A DNA stretch of 45,440 bases from Gaiellaceae bacterium (GCA_046714355.1 JBKKAR010000191.1:1-45440), one strand, 5' to 3'. Positions 25,692 to 35,776 are shown, counted from the first letter of the stretch. Made by a program: numbers and translations. The notes: generated from the sequence alone by a model not told the origin.

Positions 25692-26278
25692 CCACCACCA
25701 TCTTGCCGCCGGTAGCGGAAGCGATCGTGGAGACGGCTGTCCCGGTGCTGCCAGAACTCCCACACCTCGGGCACGAGCCGGTACCCGCCCCAGTGGGGCG
25801 GGAGCGGGACGTCGCGGCCCTCGAACTCGCGCTCGAAGTCGCGGACACGGGCTTCGAGCTCGTCGCGCGATCCGAGCACCTCGCTCTGGGAGGACGCCCA
25901 GGCCGCGATCTGGCCCGGACGGGGCCGTGTCCGGAAGTACTCCTCGGATTCCGCGTCGGGAACGCGCTCGACCGGTCCCTCGATCCGCACCTGCCGGCCG
26001 AGGGGCGCCCAGTAGAAGAGGAGCGCGCCGCGCGGATTTTCGCCCAGCTCCAGGGCCTTTTTGCTCCCGTGGCCCGTGTGGAACTTGAACCCGGCCTCGT
26101 CGAAGCCTTTGGCCAGCACCATCCGGACGGACGGCCGCCCGTCCGCGTCCGCAGTGGCGATTGCGACCGCCTCGGGCATCTCCAGCACGCCCTCCGCGTC
26201 CTCGTACCAGCGCCGGAACTGCGCGACCGGATCGGGGTTCAGATCGGCCCGGCGCAGCGACCCTTCAGGCGCGCTCAT
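25664..26278 (-). CDS. pdxH: pyridoxamine 5'-phosphate oxidase
   Basis: PDPVAQFRRWYEDA, ATADADGRPSVRMVLAKGFD, QVRIEGPVERV, EYFRTRPRPGQIAAWAS, WGGYRLVPEVWEFWQHRDSRLHDR. Confidence 0.9.
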   Translation of the reverse strand: MSAPEGSLRRADLNPDPVAQFRRWYEDAEGVLEMPEAVAIATADADGRPSVRMVLAKGFDEAGFKFHTGHGSKKALELGENPRGALLFYWAPLGRQVRIEGPVERVPDAESEEYFRTRPRPGQIAAWASSQSEVLGSRDELEARVRDFEREFEGRDVPLPPHWGGYRLVPEVWEFWQHRDSRLHDRFRYRRQDGGGWTIERLAP

Positions 26279-26286
26279 GAATACCG

Positions 26287-26292
26287 ATTATC
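26287..26292 (-). promoter_or_regulatory. -10-like GATAAT, 8 nt upstream of the pdxH ATG
   Basis: Minus strand reads GATAAT-cggtattc-ATG. Confidence 0.35.
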
Positions 26293-26320
26293 CACTATGC
26301 ATGGCCGCCGCCGGCTGCGC

Positions 26321-26326
26321 TATCGT
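26321..26326 (+). promoter_or_regulatory. -10-like TATCGT, 7 nt upstream of the gabT ATG (leaderless candidate)
   Basis: TATCGT-cgcccgc-ATG. This supports 26334 as the start. Confidence 0.4.
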
Positions 26327-26333
26327 CGCCCGC

Positions 26334-27656
26334 ATGGCGACGACCAAGGCGATCGAGCTTCGAACCGAGATCCCCGGCCCCCGCTCCCGCGAGATCCTGG
26401 AACGGAAGGAGCGTGTAGTGGCCGAACCGCTCAGCATCTATCTCGAACTCGTGATCGAACGCGCGGAAGGGGCGAGGCTCACTGACGTCGACGGGAACAC
26501 CTTCATCGACTTCACCGGCGGGGTCGGCTGCCTGAACGTCGGCCACTCGCACCCGCGGGTCGTCGAGGCGGCGCAGGAGCAGCTCGAGCGCTTCAGCCAT
26601 ACCGATTTCACCATCGTCCCCTACGAGGTCTACGTCCAGCTCGCCGAGCGCCTCTGCGAGCTCGCGCCCATCGCGAACGCCAAGGCCGCCTTCTTCAATG
26701 CCGGCACAGAGGCGGTCGAGAACGCGATCAAGTTCGCGCGCTCGTACACCGGGCGCCCGGCGGTGATCGGCTTCGAGGGCGGCTTCCACGGCCGAACCCT
26801 CCTCAGCCTGACGCTGACCTCGAAGACGCACCCGTACAAGGCCGGCCTCGGCCCGTTCGCGCCCGAGGTCTATCGCGTTCCCTTCCCGAACGACTATCGA
26901 GGGCCGGACGCGACGACGGCGTTGGAGGCGCTCGAGCGCGCGCTCGTCACACAGGTAGCCGCCGAGACCGTCGCGGCAATCGTGATCGAGCCCGTCCAGG
27001 GCGAGGGCGGCTTCGTCGTCGCGCCAAAGGAGTTCATGGAGGGCGTCCGCCGGATCTGCGACGAGCACGGGATCGTCATGGTCGTGGACGAGGTGCAGAC
27101 GGGCTTCGGCCGCACCGGGAAGCTGTTCGCGATCGAGCATTACGGCGTCGAGCCCGACCTGATCACTGTCGCGAAGTCGATCGCCATGGGACTGCCGCTC
27201 TCGGGCGTGATCGGCAAGGCCGAGATCATGGACGCCCCCGACGACTCCGCGATCGGCGGTACCTACGTCGGAAATCCGGTTGCACAGGCCGCCGCGCTCG
27301 CCGTCCTGGACGTAATCGGCGAGGAGGATCTCTGCGCCCGAGCCTCCGTCCTCGGCGAAACGATGCGAGCCCGCATGGAGGCCTGGCAACAGCGCTTCCC
27401 GCAGATCGGCGACGTTCGCGGCCTCGGCGCGATGCTCGCAATCGAGCTCGTAGAAGATCCGGCGACGAAGGAGCCCGGCGCAGACCTCGCCACCGCAGTC
27501 GTCGAAGAGGCGGCCCGCAACGGCCTGCTGCTCCTCAAGTCCGGCATCTATTCGAACTGCATCCGGGTGCTGTCGCCGCTCACGCTCTCCGACGCCGAGC
27601 TCGACGAGGGGTTGGCCGTCTGGGAGCAGGCGCTCGAAACCGCCCTAAGCGCCTAG
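26334..27656 (+). CDS. gabT: 4-aminobutyrate aminotransferase (class III PLP aminotransferase)
   Basis: LRTEIPGPRSREI, GVGCLNVGHSHP, GTEAVENAIKFAR, DEVQTGFGRTGKLFA, TVAKSIAMGLPLS (PLP Lys). 440 aa from ATG 26334. Confidence 0.85.
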   Translation: MATTKAIELRTEIPGPRSREILERKERVVAEPLSIYLELVIERAEGARLTDVDGNTFIDFTGGVGCLNVGHSHPRVVEAAQEQLERFSHTDFTIVPYEVYVQLAERLCELAPIANAKAAFFNAGTEAVENAIKFARSYTGRPAVIGFEGGFHGRTLLSLTLTSKTHPYKAGLGPFAPEVYRVPFPNDYRGPDATTALEALERALVTQVAAETVAAIVIEPVQGEGGFVVAPKEFMEGVRRICDEHGIVMVVDEVQTGFGRTGKLFAIEHYGVEPDLITVAKSIAMGLPLSGVIGKAEIMDAPDDSAIGGTYVGNPVAQAAALAVLDVIGEEDLCARASVLGETMRARMEAWQQRFPQIGDVRGLGAMLAIELVEDPATKEPGADLATAVVEEAARNGLLLLKSGIYSNCIRVLSPLTLSDAELDEGLAVWEQALETALSA

Positions 27657-27673
27657 GCCCCGACATGCGGCAG

Positions 27674-27679
27674 TAACGT
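27674..27679 (+). promoter_or_regulatory. -10-like TAACGT, 7 nt upstream of the kinase GTG (leaderless candidate)
   Basis: TAACGT-tcctccc-GTG. Confidence 0.4.
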
Positions 27680-27686
27680 TCCTCCC

Positions 27687-29105
27687 GTGCAAGGGGAGGT
27701 CATCGCCGGACGGTACGAGGTCGTCGAGCTGATCGGCAAAGGCGGCATGTCGAGCGTCTTCAAGGCGCACGACCGTCTGCTCGAACGGGTCGTCGCGATC
27801 AAGGTCCTCCACCCGCATTTCACGCACGACGAGGAGTACGTCGAGCGGTTCCGCCGCGAAGCCCGCTCGGTCGCCCAGCTGAGCCACCCGAACATCGTCA
27901 CCGTCATCGACCGGGGCGAGGACGCCGGCCGGCAGTACATCGTCTTCGAGTACGTCGAGGGCGAGAACCTGAAGCAGCTCCTCGAGCGGACTGGCCCGAT
28001 GCCTGTGCGCGACGCGCTGCTCATGGCGTTGCAGATGGCTCGCGCGCTCTCCTTCGCCCACGGGCGAGGCCTCATCCATCGGGACGTGAAGCCGCAGAAC
28101 GTCCTCCTAAACGCCGACGGTGCGGCGAAGATGACGGACTTCGGGATCGCGCGCTCGGTGGACGTCCAGGGCGTCACGATCACCGGGACCGTCCTCGGGA
28201 CGAGTGAGTACATCGCGCCGGAGCAGGCGCGGGGTCAGCAGGTCGACGCCCAGACAGACGTGTACTCGCTGGGCGTCGTCCTCTACGAGCTGCTGACCGG
28301 CGGCGTGCCGTACGACGGCGACAACTTCGTCACGGTCGCGCTGCGTCACGTGAACGAGCCGGTGCCGAGCGTGCTCGAGCACCGTCCCGACGCGCCGCCT
28401 CGTCTCGCGCTCGCCATCGAGCGGGCGATGGCGAAGTCGCCCGACGAGCGCTACGAGTCGATGGACGGGCTCGTCGAGGAGCTCGGGGCCAACCTCGCCG
28501 AGCTCGACCCGATCTCCGAGGGCGCGACGATGATCTCCCGCCGGCCCGTCGCCCCCCAGCGTCAGCGACCACCGCGGGAGCGCCGGCGCCTCGGCGTCTT
28601 CTGGCCGGTCGCGGCCGTGGTGGCCATATTGGCCGTGGCCGGGTTGGCGGGGCTGGGGGCTTTGGCGCTTCGCGACAACGATTCGAACGGTCCGAATGCA
28701 GCGACGACGCCGATCCGTCTCAAGGCGATCAGCGACCACGATCCCTTCGGCGACGACAACGAGGAACACCCAGAAGACGTGCCGAACGCGACCGACGGCA
28801 GGTTCGAGACGTACTGGACGACGCAGGACTACGGCTCGTTCGATAAGCCCGGCGTCGGAATCATCCTCGACGCCGGCCAGGAAGTCGAGCCGAAGACGAT
28901 CACGATCCGAACCGACACGGAGGGGTACACGGCGCATATCCGCGCCGGCGACAGCGAGTCGGGGCCATTCCGGCGAGTCTCACCGGGGCTGGTTGTGACG
29001 GACCGCCTGCAGTTCACCCTGACGGGCGCGAAGGCGCGCTACTTCGTCGTCTGGATCACCGACGTCTCGGGGTCCGCGCACGTGAACGAAGTCCGAGCGC
29101 GCTAG
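27687..29105 (+). CDS. Ser/Thr protein kinase with single TM and discoidin-like (F5/8 type C-like) ectodomain
   Basis: Hanks motifs GKGGMSSVFKA, VAIKVL, HRDVKPQNVLL, DFGIAR, APEQ. TM segment VFWPVAAVVAILAVAGLAGLGALAL. The C-terminal ~130 aa (NATDGRFETYWTT...GVGIILDAG...ARYFVVWITDV...HVNEVRA) look like a galactose-binding-domain fold. Confidence 0.9.
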   Translation: MQGEVIAGRYEVVELIGKGGMSSVFKAHDRLLERVVAIKVLHPHFTHDEEYVERFRREARSVAQLSHPNIVTVIDRGEDAGRQYIVFEYVEGENLKQLLERTGPMPVRDALLMALQMARALSFAHGRGLIHRDVKPQNVLLNADGAAKMTDFGIARSVDVQGVTITGTVLGTSEYIAPEQARGQQVDAQTDVYSLGVVLYELLTGGVPYDGDNFVTVALRHVNEPVPSVLEHRPDAPPRLALAIERAMAKSPDERYESMDGLVEELGANLAELDPISEGATMISRRPVAPQRQRPPRERRRLGVFWPVAAVVAILAVAGLAGLGALALRDNDSNGPNAATTPIRLKAISDHDPFGDDNEEHPEDVPNATDGRFETYWTTQDYGSFDKPGVGIILDAGQEVEPKTITIRTDTEGYTAHIRAGDSESGPFRRVSPGLVVTDRLQFTLTGAKARYFVVWITDVSGSAHVNEVRAR

Positions 29106-30127
29106 AACTCAAGCTTGTCGCGACGCTCGTGGCGCTCTAACGCCAGTTCGACCAGGCGGTCGAGCAACTCGGTATACGGGATCCCGGAAGCCTCGAAGAG
29201 CTTCGCGTAGACACTCGTCGCCGTGAAGCCGGGGATCGTGTTCAGCTCGTTGACGAGCACCTCGCCGTCCTCCCGGACGAAGCAGTCGGCCCGCGCCATC
29301 CCCTCGCAATCGGCCGCGATGAAGGCCTCGACGGAGAACCGCTGCACCCGCTCGGCTGCCTCCTCCGAGATCCGAGGCGGGATGATCAGATCCATTCCGC
29401 CCTCGTCGTACTTGGCCGAGTAGTCGTACCAGTCGACCCCGGAGAAGCCGTGGGCGACGATCTCGCCCGGCAGCGACGCGATCGGTTCCCGGTTCCCGAG
29501 GACGCCGCACTCGACCTCGACGCCCGAGACGAACTCCTCGATCAGCACTTTCTCGTCGTGGCGCCGCGCAAGATCGATCGCGCCCTGGAGCTCACCTTCC
29601 CCACCGACCTTCGTGATCCCGACCGACGACCCGAGCCGCGCCGGCTTGACGAAGACCGGGTAGCCGAACGGGTTCTCCGGCCGGTCGCCGTTGCGCACCG
29701 TGACGCTCTGGGTGACGGGGATGCCCTTGTCGCGGCACACGGCCTTGAAGAGGTCCTTGTCCATGCAGAGCGCCGAGGCCGTCACACCCGCACCCACGTA
29801 CGGGACGCCCGCCAGCTCCAGCAGGCCCTGAACGGTCCCGTCCTCGCCGAACGGCCCATGCAGGATCGGCAGGACGACGTCGACCTGTCCCAGGGTCTCG
29901 GGCGGAGAGCCGGTCGGGACAGGAAGCGTCTCAGCGACGGGCCGGCCGAGCTCCTTCGGCTCTCCGGGGCCTAGCGCCCACCGGCCGTCGCGGTGGATCT
30001 CGATCGTCTGGACGTCGTACCGGTCCGGGTCGAGCGCCTCGATCACCGAGCGCGCGGAGGCGACGGAGATCTCGTGCTCGCTGGACCGTCCACCGGCGAT
30101 GACTGCGACGCGAATCCTCTTGTTCAC
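29102..30127 (-). CDS. ddl: D-alanine--D-alanine ligase
   Basis: RVAVIAGGRSSEHEISVASA, LHGPFGEDGTVQGLLE, FVKPARLGSSVGI, VNELNTIPGFT. GTG 30127 overlaps the pknB TGA (GTGA). The track ORF extension to 31060 lies inside pknB. Confidence 0.9.
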   Translation of the reverse strand: MNKRIRVAVIAGGRSSEHEISVASARSVIEALDPDRYDVQTIEIHRDGRWALGPGEPKELGRPVAETLPVPTGSPPETLGQVDVVLPILHGPFGEDGTVQGLLELAGVPYVGAGVTASALCMDKDLFKAVCRDKGIPVTQSVTVRNGDRPENPFGYPVFVKPARLGSSVGITKVGGEGELQGAIDLARRHDEKVLIEEFVSGVEVECGVLGNREPIASLPGEIVAHGFSGVDWYDYSAKYDEGGMDLIIPPRISEEAAERVQRFSVEAFIAADCEGMARADCFVREDGEVLVNELNTIPGFTATSVYAKLFEASGIPYTELLDRLVELALERHERRDKLEF

Positions 30128-32085
30128 GGCAACGGCGACGGCTGCGGCGGAGGCTGGGGCCCCAGCGACTCGTCGTACCGGCCGACGTAGATGATCACCC
30201 GTGAGCCGGGCTCCGCTTGCTCGCCCGACGGCGGGGTCTGGGTGATGACGATCCCGTCCTCGTCCGAGTTCCCGGTCGGAGTGTCGCGGGCGACGACGGT
30301 CCAGCCCTCGTTCTCGAGCTGCGCTCGAGCCGTCTCCTCGTCCAACCCCACGACTTCCGGCACCGCGGTTGTCGACTGGCCGACCGAGACGTTCAGCGTC
30401 ACCTTCGTCCCCGGTGGGAGGAGCGTGCCCGCGGAGGGGTCCATCCCGATGACGGTGCCTTCGGGCTCGGGAGCCTCGACGTCCTTCCGGACGGGCGTGA
30501 AGCCGGCCTCGCGCAGCGCCCGCGCGGCGCTGTCGTACGACTGACCGACCACGTTCGGCACACCGGTCTGTTGCGGCCCCTTCGAGACGTTGATCCGGAC
30601 GTCGCTGCCCTGGACGATGCTCAAGCCGCCCTTCGGATCCTGCGCGGTCACGATTCCGGCCGGCTCCTCGGAGAAGATGTCGACGACCTTCGGCACGAGC
30701 CCGGCCGCGCGCAAGGTCGCGACGGCATCTGACTCGCGGGCCCCGACCACCTCCGGCACCTCGACCCTCGGCTTTCCGGTCGAGACGAAGTACCGGACGA
30801 CGTTGCCTTTCTGGATCCGTTCGCCGGCGTCGGGGGACTGCCGGATGACGATTCCACTCGGAACGTCCTCGCTGGACTCCTCGACCTTCACCGGTTTCAG
30901 GCCCGCCTTCTGAATTCTTCGTCGCGCATCCGGCGCGCGGAGGCCCTCGACGAAGGGGACCGCGACGGGCTTGGCCTCGCTGATCTCGTCCTGGATTTGC
31001 TGCCAGACGTACACGCCGGCGACGAGCGCAGCCAGCAGGAGCAGGCCGGTAAGCAGCCACGGCCAGAACGCCCGGCGCCGGCGGGACGGCTCGTACTCGT
31101 AGTACTCCTGCTCCCGGTACTGGCGTTGCTGCGGGCGCGGCGCGACGACGGGGCGCCGGGAGATCATCGTCGGCGCCGACTCGGCGATGCCGGCACCGGC
31201 GAGAACTGCGGTCGCCGCGTCGGCGGTCGCCGCGGTCACGCCGCCCCCGGCGGCGACACGCGCGAGCTCCGCGTCCATGTCCTCGGCACTGTCGAACCGC
31301 TCGGCAGGATCCTTGGCCAGCGCCCGCAGGACGACCATGTCCAGGTCCGGCGAGATCTCCGGCCTGAGCGCGGACGGCGACTTCGGGATCTCGGAGAGAT
31401 GCTTCATCGCGATCTCGAGCGGCGTCTCCCCGGTGAACGGGAGCTGCCCCGTCAACAGCTCGTAGAGCACGATGCCGACCGAATAGATGTCCGACCGCTG
31501 GTCGACCGGCGCGCCGCGCGCCTGCTCCGGCGAAAGGTACTGCGCGGTCCCGACGATCGAGCCGGCCTCGGTCATCTGACTCGCCGACGTCCGCGAGATC
31601 CCAAAGTCGGTCACCTTGTACCGGCGCTCAGCGCTGTCCTGGGCGAGGAGCACGTTGTGCGGCTTGACGTCCCTGTGGACGATCCCGCCCCTGTGCGCGA
31701 AGCCGAGCGCGCGGAGGATCTGGCGCGTCGCCTCGATCGCCGCCGGGACCGGGAGCGGCCCCTCGGCGACGATCTTGTCCTTGAGGCTCCGGCCCTCGAG
31801 GTACTCCATCGCGATGTAGTAGGTGCCCTCGGCCTCGCCCCGGTCGTAGATCGAGACGATGTTCGGATGCGAGAGGCCGGCGGCGTTCTTCGCCTCCCGG
31901 CGGAAGCGTTCGACGAACGAATCGTCGCTCGCGTGTCTGTCGTTCAGGATCTTGATCGCGACGCGCCGCCCGAGCTCCTCGTCCTCGGCAAGGTAGACGT
32001 TCGCCATCCCGCCCGAGCCGAGCCGCCGGAGAATCCGGTAGCGCCCGTCGAAGAGGGTGTTGATCAGGGTGTCGGTAACGGCCAT
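30124..32085 (-). CDS. pknB: Ser/Thr protein kinase with four extracellular PASTA domains
   Basis: Hanks kinase (GSGGMANVYLA, VAIKIL, HRDVKPHNVLL, DFGISR, SPEQARG). TM segment AFWPWLLTGLLLLAALVAGVYVW. Four ~65-aa repeats of the VP-x-V-x-G...A...L...GL...V... PASTA type. Confidence 0.95.
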   Translation of the reverse strand: MAVTDTLINTLFDGRYRILRRLGSGGMANVYLAEDEELGRRVAIKILNDRHASDDSFVERFRREAKNAAGLSHPNIVSIYDRGEAEGTYYIAMEYLEGRSLKDKIVAEGPLPVPAAIEATRQILRALGFAHRGGIVHRDVKPHNVLLAQDSAERRYKVTDFGISRTSASQMTEAGSIVGTAQYLSPEQARGAPVDQRSDIYSVGIVLYELLTGQLPFTGETPLEIAMKHLSEIPKSPSALRPEISPDLDMVVLRALAKDPAERFDSAEDMDAELARVAAGGGVTAATADAATAVLAGAGIAESAPTMISRRPVVAPRPQQRQYREQEYYEYEPSRRRRAFWPWLLTGLLLLAALVAGVYVWQQIQDEISEAKPVAVPFVEGLRAPDARRRIQKAGLKPVKVEESSEDVPSGIVIRQSPDAGERIQKGNVVRYFVSTGKPRVEVPEVVGARESDAVATLRAAGLVPKVVDIFSEEPAGIVTAQDPKGGLSIVQGSDVRINVSKGPQQTGVPNVVGQSYDSAARALREAGFTPVRKDVEAPEPEGTVIGMDPSAGTLLPPGTKVTLNVSVGQSTTAVPEVVGLDEETARAQLENEGWTVVARDTPTGNSDEDGIVITQTPPSGEQAEPGSRVIIYVGRYDESLGPQPPPQPSPLP

Positions 32086-32088
32086 GGG

Positions 32089-33570
32089 CTAACGATCCGA
32101 GTTCGACGGCAGGCGCAGGAGCGCCTGCATGATCTGCTTCGCGACGGGAGCGGCAACGCTTCCACCCGTCCCGCTCTGGTTCTGGACGTAGACGGCGACG
32201 GCGATGCGCGGCCGGTCGGCCGGAGCGAACGCGATGAATCCGACGGTGTTCCTGCCGTCCCGCCCGGTCTCGGCCGTCCCGGTCTTCCCCGCAACGCGGA
32301 CACCGGAGATCGCTGCAGCCGTCCCGGTCCCGCCCGAGACCACGCCCTCCATCATCGCCGTCAGCTCCCGAGCCGTCTCCTCCTTGATCGCCCGACGGAG
32401 CTCATCGGGCTCGATCCGGGTGAGAATGGAGCCGTCGGGAGCCTTCACGCGGTCGGTGAGGTACGGCTCCATGACAACCCCGCCGTTCGCCACCGCAGCG
32501 GCGACCATCGCCATCTGCATCGGTGTGACGAGCATCCGCTCCTGACCGAACGCGAGTCGCCCCGGATCGGACCGGCCTTCCTGCGACTCGGGAAGCAGCC
32601 TGCCGTCCTCGTAGAGGCCGCTCGGCGCCCGCTCGTCCGAGGGGAGGTCGACGGGCGGATCCTCGTAGAAGCCGAACTTGCGGGCGTAGTCGAGGATGAC
32701 CCCGGGGCCGAGCTCCTTCCCCATCTCGCAGAACGACGAGTTGATCGAGTTCACGAGGGCCTGCGAGAAGCTCACACGGCCGAACGGGCTGGACGTGTCG
32801 TAGTTGTTCACGTGCTGCCCGTACTCGATGCAATAGCCGGGGTCGACGAAGGTCGAGTCGGGGGTGTACTTGCCCGAGTCGAGCGCCGCAGCCGCCGTTA
32901 CGACCTTGAAGGTCGATCCGGGGATGAACAGCCCGGCGGTGCCGCGGTCGACAAGCGGGGCGACCGGACAGGGGCCGCGGGGCCGCTGGATGGCGGCAAA
33001 GTTCTTCTCGACGAGGTTCGGGTCGAAAGTCGGGCTCGAGGCCAGCACGAGCACCTTCCCCGTCGACGGCTCGATCGCGACTGCCGCGCCGCACTGTCCG
33101 GCGAACGCTTCCATCGCGACCTTCTGGGCCCGCCACCGGATCGTCGTGATGATGTCGTTGCCCTCGATGGTCTTGCCCCGGAGCTCGTCGAACTTCGTGT
33201 CGAGGACGGTGCTGAGGTTCGCGTTCGCCCCGGTCAGGTAGTCGTTGCGGGAGCGCTCGAGCCCGGTGCGCGCCCGCGCGCGAGTCGAGTAGCCGACGGC
33301 GTGCCCCGTGAGCCCGCGCAGCGGGTAGCGGCGGAAGTAGAACGTCTGGCCGGAGACGCGCTGGCTTCGGTTCACCGCCAGTTTCGTCACGCCGTCCGCG
33401 GCGTAGATGACTCCCCGCTTGATCGTGAATTGCGCGACGACCTTGATCGCGTTGTCCTGGCGCTCCTCGAGGCTCGGAGCCGCCCACGCCTGCCAGTACG
33501 TCGTCCCGACGATCAGGGAGGTGATGAGGACGAGACCGGCTACGGCGAGACGGGAGATCTGCTGGTTCAT
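32089..33570 (-). CDS. pbpA: class B penicillin-binding protein (transpeptidase)
   Basis: N-terminal anchor MNQQISRLAVAGLVLITSLIV. STFK (PGSTFKVVTA), SIN (NSINSSF) and KTG (AGKTGTAE) boxes. ATG 33570 overlaps the rodA stop (ATGA). Confidence 0.9.
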   Translation of the reverse strand: MNQQISRLAVAGLVLITSLIVGTTYWQAWAAPSLEERQDNAIKVVAQFTIKRGVIYAADGVTKLAVNRSQRVSGQTFYFRRYPLRGLTGHAVGYSTRARARTGLERSRNDYLTGANANLSTVLDTKFDELRGKTIEGNDIITTIRWRAQKVAMEAFAGQCGAAVAIEPSTGKVLVLASSPTFDPNLVEKNFAAIQRPRGPCPVAPLVDRGTAGLFIPGSTFKVVTAAAALDSGKYTPDSTFVDPGYCIEYGQHVNNYDTSSPFGRVSFSQALVNSINSSFCEMGKELGPGVILDYARKFGFYEDPPVDLPSDERAPSGLYEDGRLLPESQEGRSDPGRLAFGQERMLVTPMQMAMVAAAVANGGVVMEPYLTDRVKAPDGSILTRIEPDELRRAIKEETARELTAMMEGVVSGGTGTAAAISGVRVAGKTGTAETGRDGRNTVGFIAFAPADRPRIAVAVYVQNQSGTGGSVAAPVAKQIMQALLRLPSNSDR

Positions 33571-34832
33571 ACGCCAGACCTCGCATTGGCGCGGTTCGAG
33601 ACGAGCAGGAGCGCCGCAAGGAGCATGAAGTTCGCGACGACGCTCGAGCCCCCGTAGCTGACGAAGGGAAGCGTGATCCCGGTCAGCGGGATGATCCGGA
33701 CGATCCCGCCGACGATGATGAACGTCTGGAGCGTGAAGCAGAACGTGAGCCCGACGGCGAGCAGCTTCGAGAAGCCGTCCTGGGCGAGCAGCGCGATCCG
33801 GAACCCGCGGGCGGCGAAGAGCATGTAGACGAGCAGGAACGCCGCGATCCCGATCAGCCCCAGCTCCTGGGCCAGCGCCGAGTAGATGAAGTCGGTGCTG
33901 ACGTAGGGGATCAGCTGGTTGCCGTCGGCGTCCGTGAACACGCCCTGCCCGAACCCGGTCCCGCCAAAGTGGCCGTTGGCGATCGAATAGATTGACTGGA
34001 TCGTCTGGTACCCGCCACCATCGGCGTCGCTCCAGGGATCGAGCCACATGCGTACCCGTTGCGCGACCCGGCCGATCTGCGTGTAGACGAGGGCCGCGCC
34101 GCCGACGAACATCACCCCTCCGGCGACGACGAACCACACCTGCGCTGTAGCCACGTAGAGCATGGCCAGGAAAATCCCGAAGTAGAGGAGGCCGCCACCG
34201 AGGTCGTTCGTCAGCACGAGGACGGCCATCGCACCGCCCCAGATGAACAGCAGCGGTCCGAGGTCCTTGAGCCTCGCCTGGGCGAGCACCTCTCGCTTCT
34301 CGCGCAGGTAGCCGGCCAGGAAGAGAATCAGGAAGATCTTCGCGAACTCGCCCGGCTGGAAGCGGACCGGTCCGAGCTCGACCCAGAGGCGCGCCCCGTT
34401 GACGGTCTTGCCGATCACCGGCATGGCGGGCATCGACAGGAGCACGAGCGCGCCCAGGCCGAACAGGTACTTGTAGCTCTCGAGGCGCCGGTAGTCCCGG
34501 CGAAGCACGAGCAGCGTCCCGGCGAAGGCGGCTAGGCCGATGACGATCCAGAGGCCCTGCCGGAACGCCTCGTCCTCGTCCAGCCGGTAGATCTCCGTGA
34601 GCCCGATTCCGGTCAAGAACCCGGCCATGGGCAGCAGGTAGGGATCGGCGTGGGGCACAGTGATCCGCGTGACCACGTGGGCGGCGACGTAGAGGCCGAG
34701 GAAGAAGAACGCGTATGAGAGCGACTCGGTGCTGACGACGTCCTGGCGGGCGATGTAGACGCTCGTGAACGCGGCGCCGACGACCGTGCCGACGACTACG
34801 AGGTTCAGCAGCTCACGCGTGCGAGCGCTCAT
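33567..34832 (-). CDS. rodA: FtsW/RodA/SpoVE-family (SEDS) peptidoglycan polymerase
   Basis: 421 aa, about 10 TM. RFQPGEFAKI, DLGGGLLYF, GFGQG, DFIYSALAQELG, PLTGITLPFVSYGGSS. Confidence 0.9.
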   Translation of the reverse strand: MSARTRELLNLVVVGTVVGAAFTSVYIARQDVVSTESLSYAFFFLGLYVAAHVVTRITVPHADPYLLPMAGFLTGIGLTEIYRLDEDEAFRQGLWIVIGLAAFAGTLLVLRRDYRRLESYKYLFGLGALVLLSMPAMPVIGKTVNGARLWVELGPVRFQPGEFAKIFLILFLAGYLREKREVLAQARLKDLGPLLFIWGGAMAVLVLTNDLGGGLLYFGIFLAMLYVATAQVWFVVAGGVMFVGGAALVYTQIGRVAQRVRMWLDPWSDADGGGYQTIQSIYSIANGHFGGTGFGQGVFTDADGNQLIPYVSTDFIYSALAQELGLIGIAAFLLVYMLFAARGFRIALLAQDGFSKLLAVGLTFCFTLQTFIIVGGIVRIIPLTGITLPFVSYGGSSVVANFMLLAALLLVSNRANARSGV

Positions 34833-35776
34833 GCGTGATCCAGGAGCCAGAGCACGGCCGCCGCGATGATCAGGAGGACGGCCAACGTGGCCAGGATCGG
34901 GAGCACACGCCTGCGTCGCTTCGGCCGCTCCGAGAGCGCCGCCGCGTCGTCGGGCGGCACGACCATCGTGTCGACCGTCGGCACTCCCTCGAGCCCGGAG
35001 AGCGTGTCCTCGTCCTCCGAGGTCTCTGACGAGACGACCAGCGCCTGTTGCGTCACAGCCGTGTCTCCGGCGTCCTCGGACACTTCGAAGAAGACGACCG
35101 TGATGTTGTCCTCGCCGCCGCCGCGATTCGCGGCCACGACGAGCGCCTTTGCGGCCTCTTCGAGGTTCCCGCGATGCCTCTCGATCGCCTGGATCATCGT
35201 CCGTTCGTCGACCATGTCCGTCAGGCCGTCCGAGCAGATCAGGAACAGGTCGCCCGGAGCCGGCTCGATCGAGAACGTGTCGACGTCGACGTCGGCCTCC
35301 GTGCCGACGGCGCGCGTGATCACGGACCGCTGCGGGTGCGTCTCCGCCTCCTCCGGGGTCAGCCTTCCGCTCCGCACGAGCTCGGCCACGAGCGAGTGGT
35401 CGTCCGTCAGCTGGTCGATCTGCCCGTCGCGGATCAGGTAGGCGCGGGAGTCGCCGACATGTCCGAAGACGACACGGTCGCGCTCGACGAGGGCGACGGT
35501 CATCGTCGTTCCCATCCCGGAAGCGTCTCGGTCCTCGTTCGCCCGGCGGAAGACCCGCCGATTGGCCTCCTGGATCAGCTCTGTGACGCGCGCCTCGCCG
35601 CTCTGGCCGTCGCCGCCGCCCTCCTTCAGAGCGGCTGCGGCGAGGCCCGAGGCGACCTCGCCCGCCTTCGCTCCGCCCATACCGTCTGCGACGGCGAAGA
35701 GGGGCGGCTCGATGACATAGGCGTCCTCGTTGTGGCGCCGCTTGCGTCCGGGGTGGCTGCTGACGCTGAACTTCAC
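34829..35776 (-). CDS. pstP: PP2C-family Ser/Thr phosphatase with C-terminal TM anchor
   Basis: GRKRRHNEDAY, FAVADGMGGAKAGEVAS, LICSDGL, GGEDNITVV. C-terminal helix VLPILATLAVLLIIAAAVLWLL. Confidence 0.9.
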   Translation of the reverse strand: MKFSVSSHPGRKRRHNEDAYVIEPPLFAVADGMGGAKAGEVASGLAAAALKEGGGDGQSGEARVTELIQEANRRVFRRANEDRDASGMGTTMTVALVERDRVVFGHVGDSRAYLIRDGQIDQLTDDHSLVAELVRSGRLTPEEAETHPQRSVITRAVGTEADVDVDTFSIEPAPGDLFLICSDGLTDMVDERTMIQAIERHRGNLEEAAKALVVAANRGGGEDNITVVFFEVSEDAGDTAVTQQALVVSSETSEDEDTLSGLEGVPTVDTMVVPPDDAAALSERPKRRRRVLPILATLAVLLIIAAAVLWLLDHA

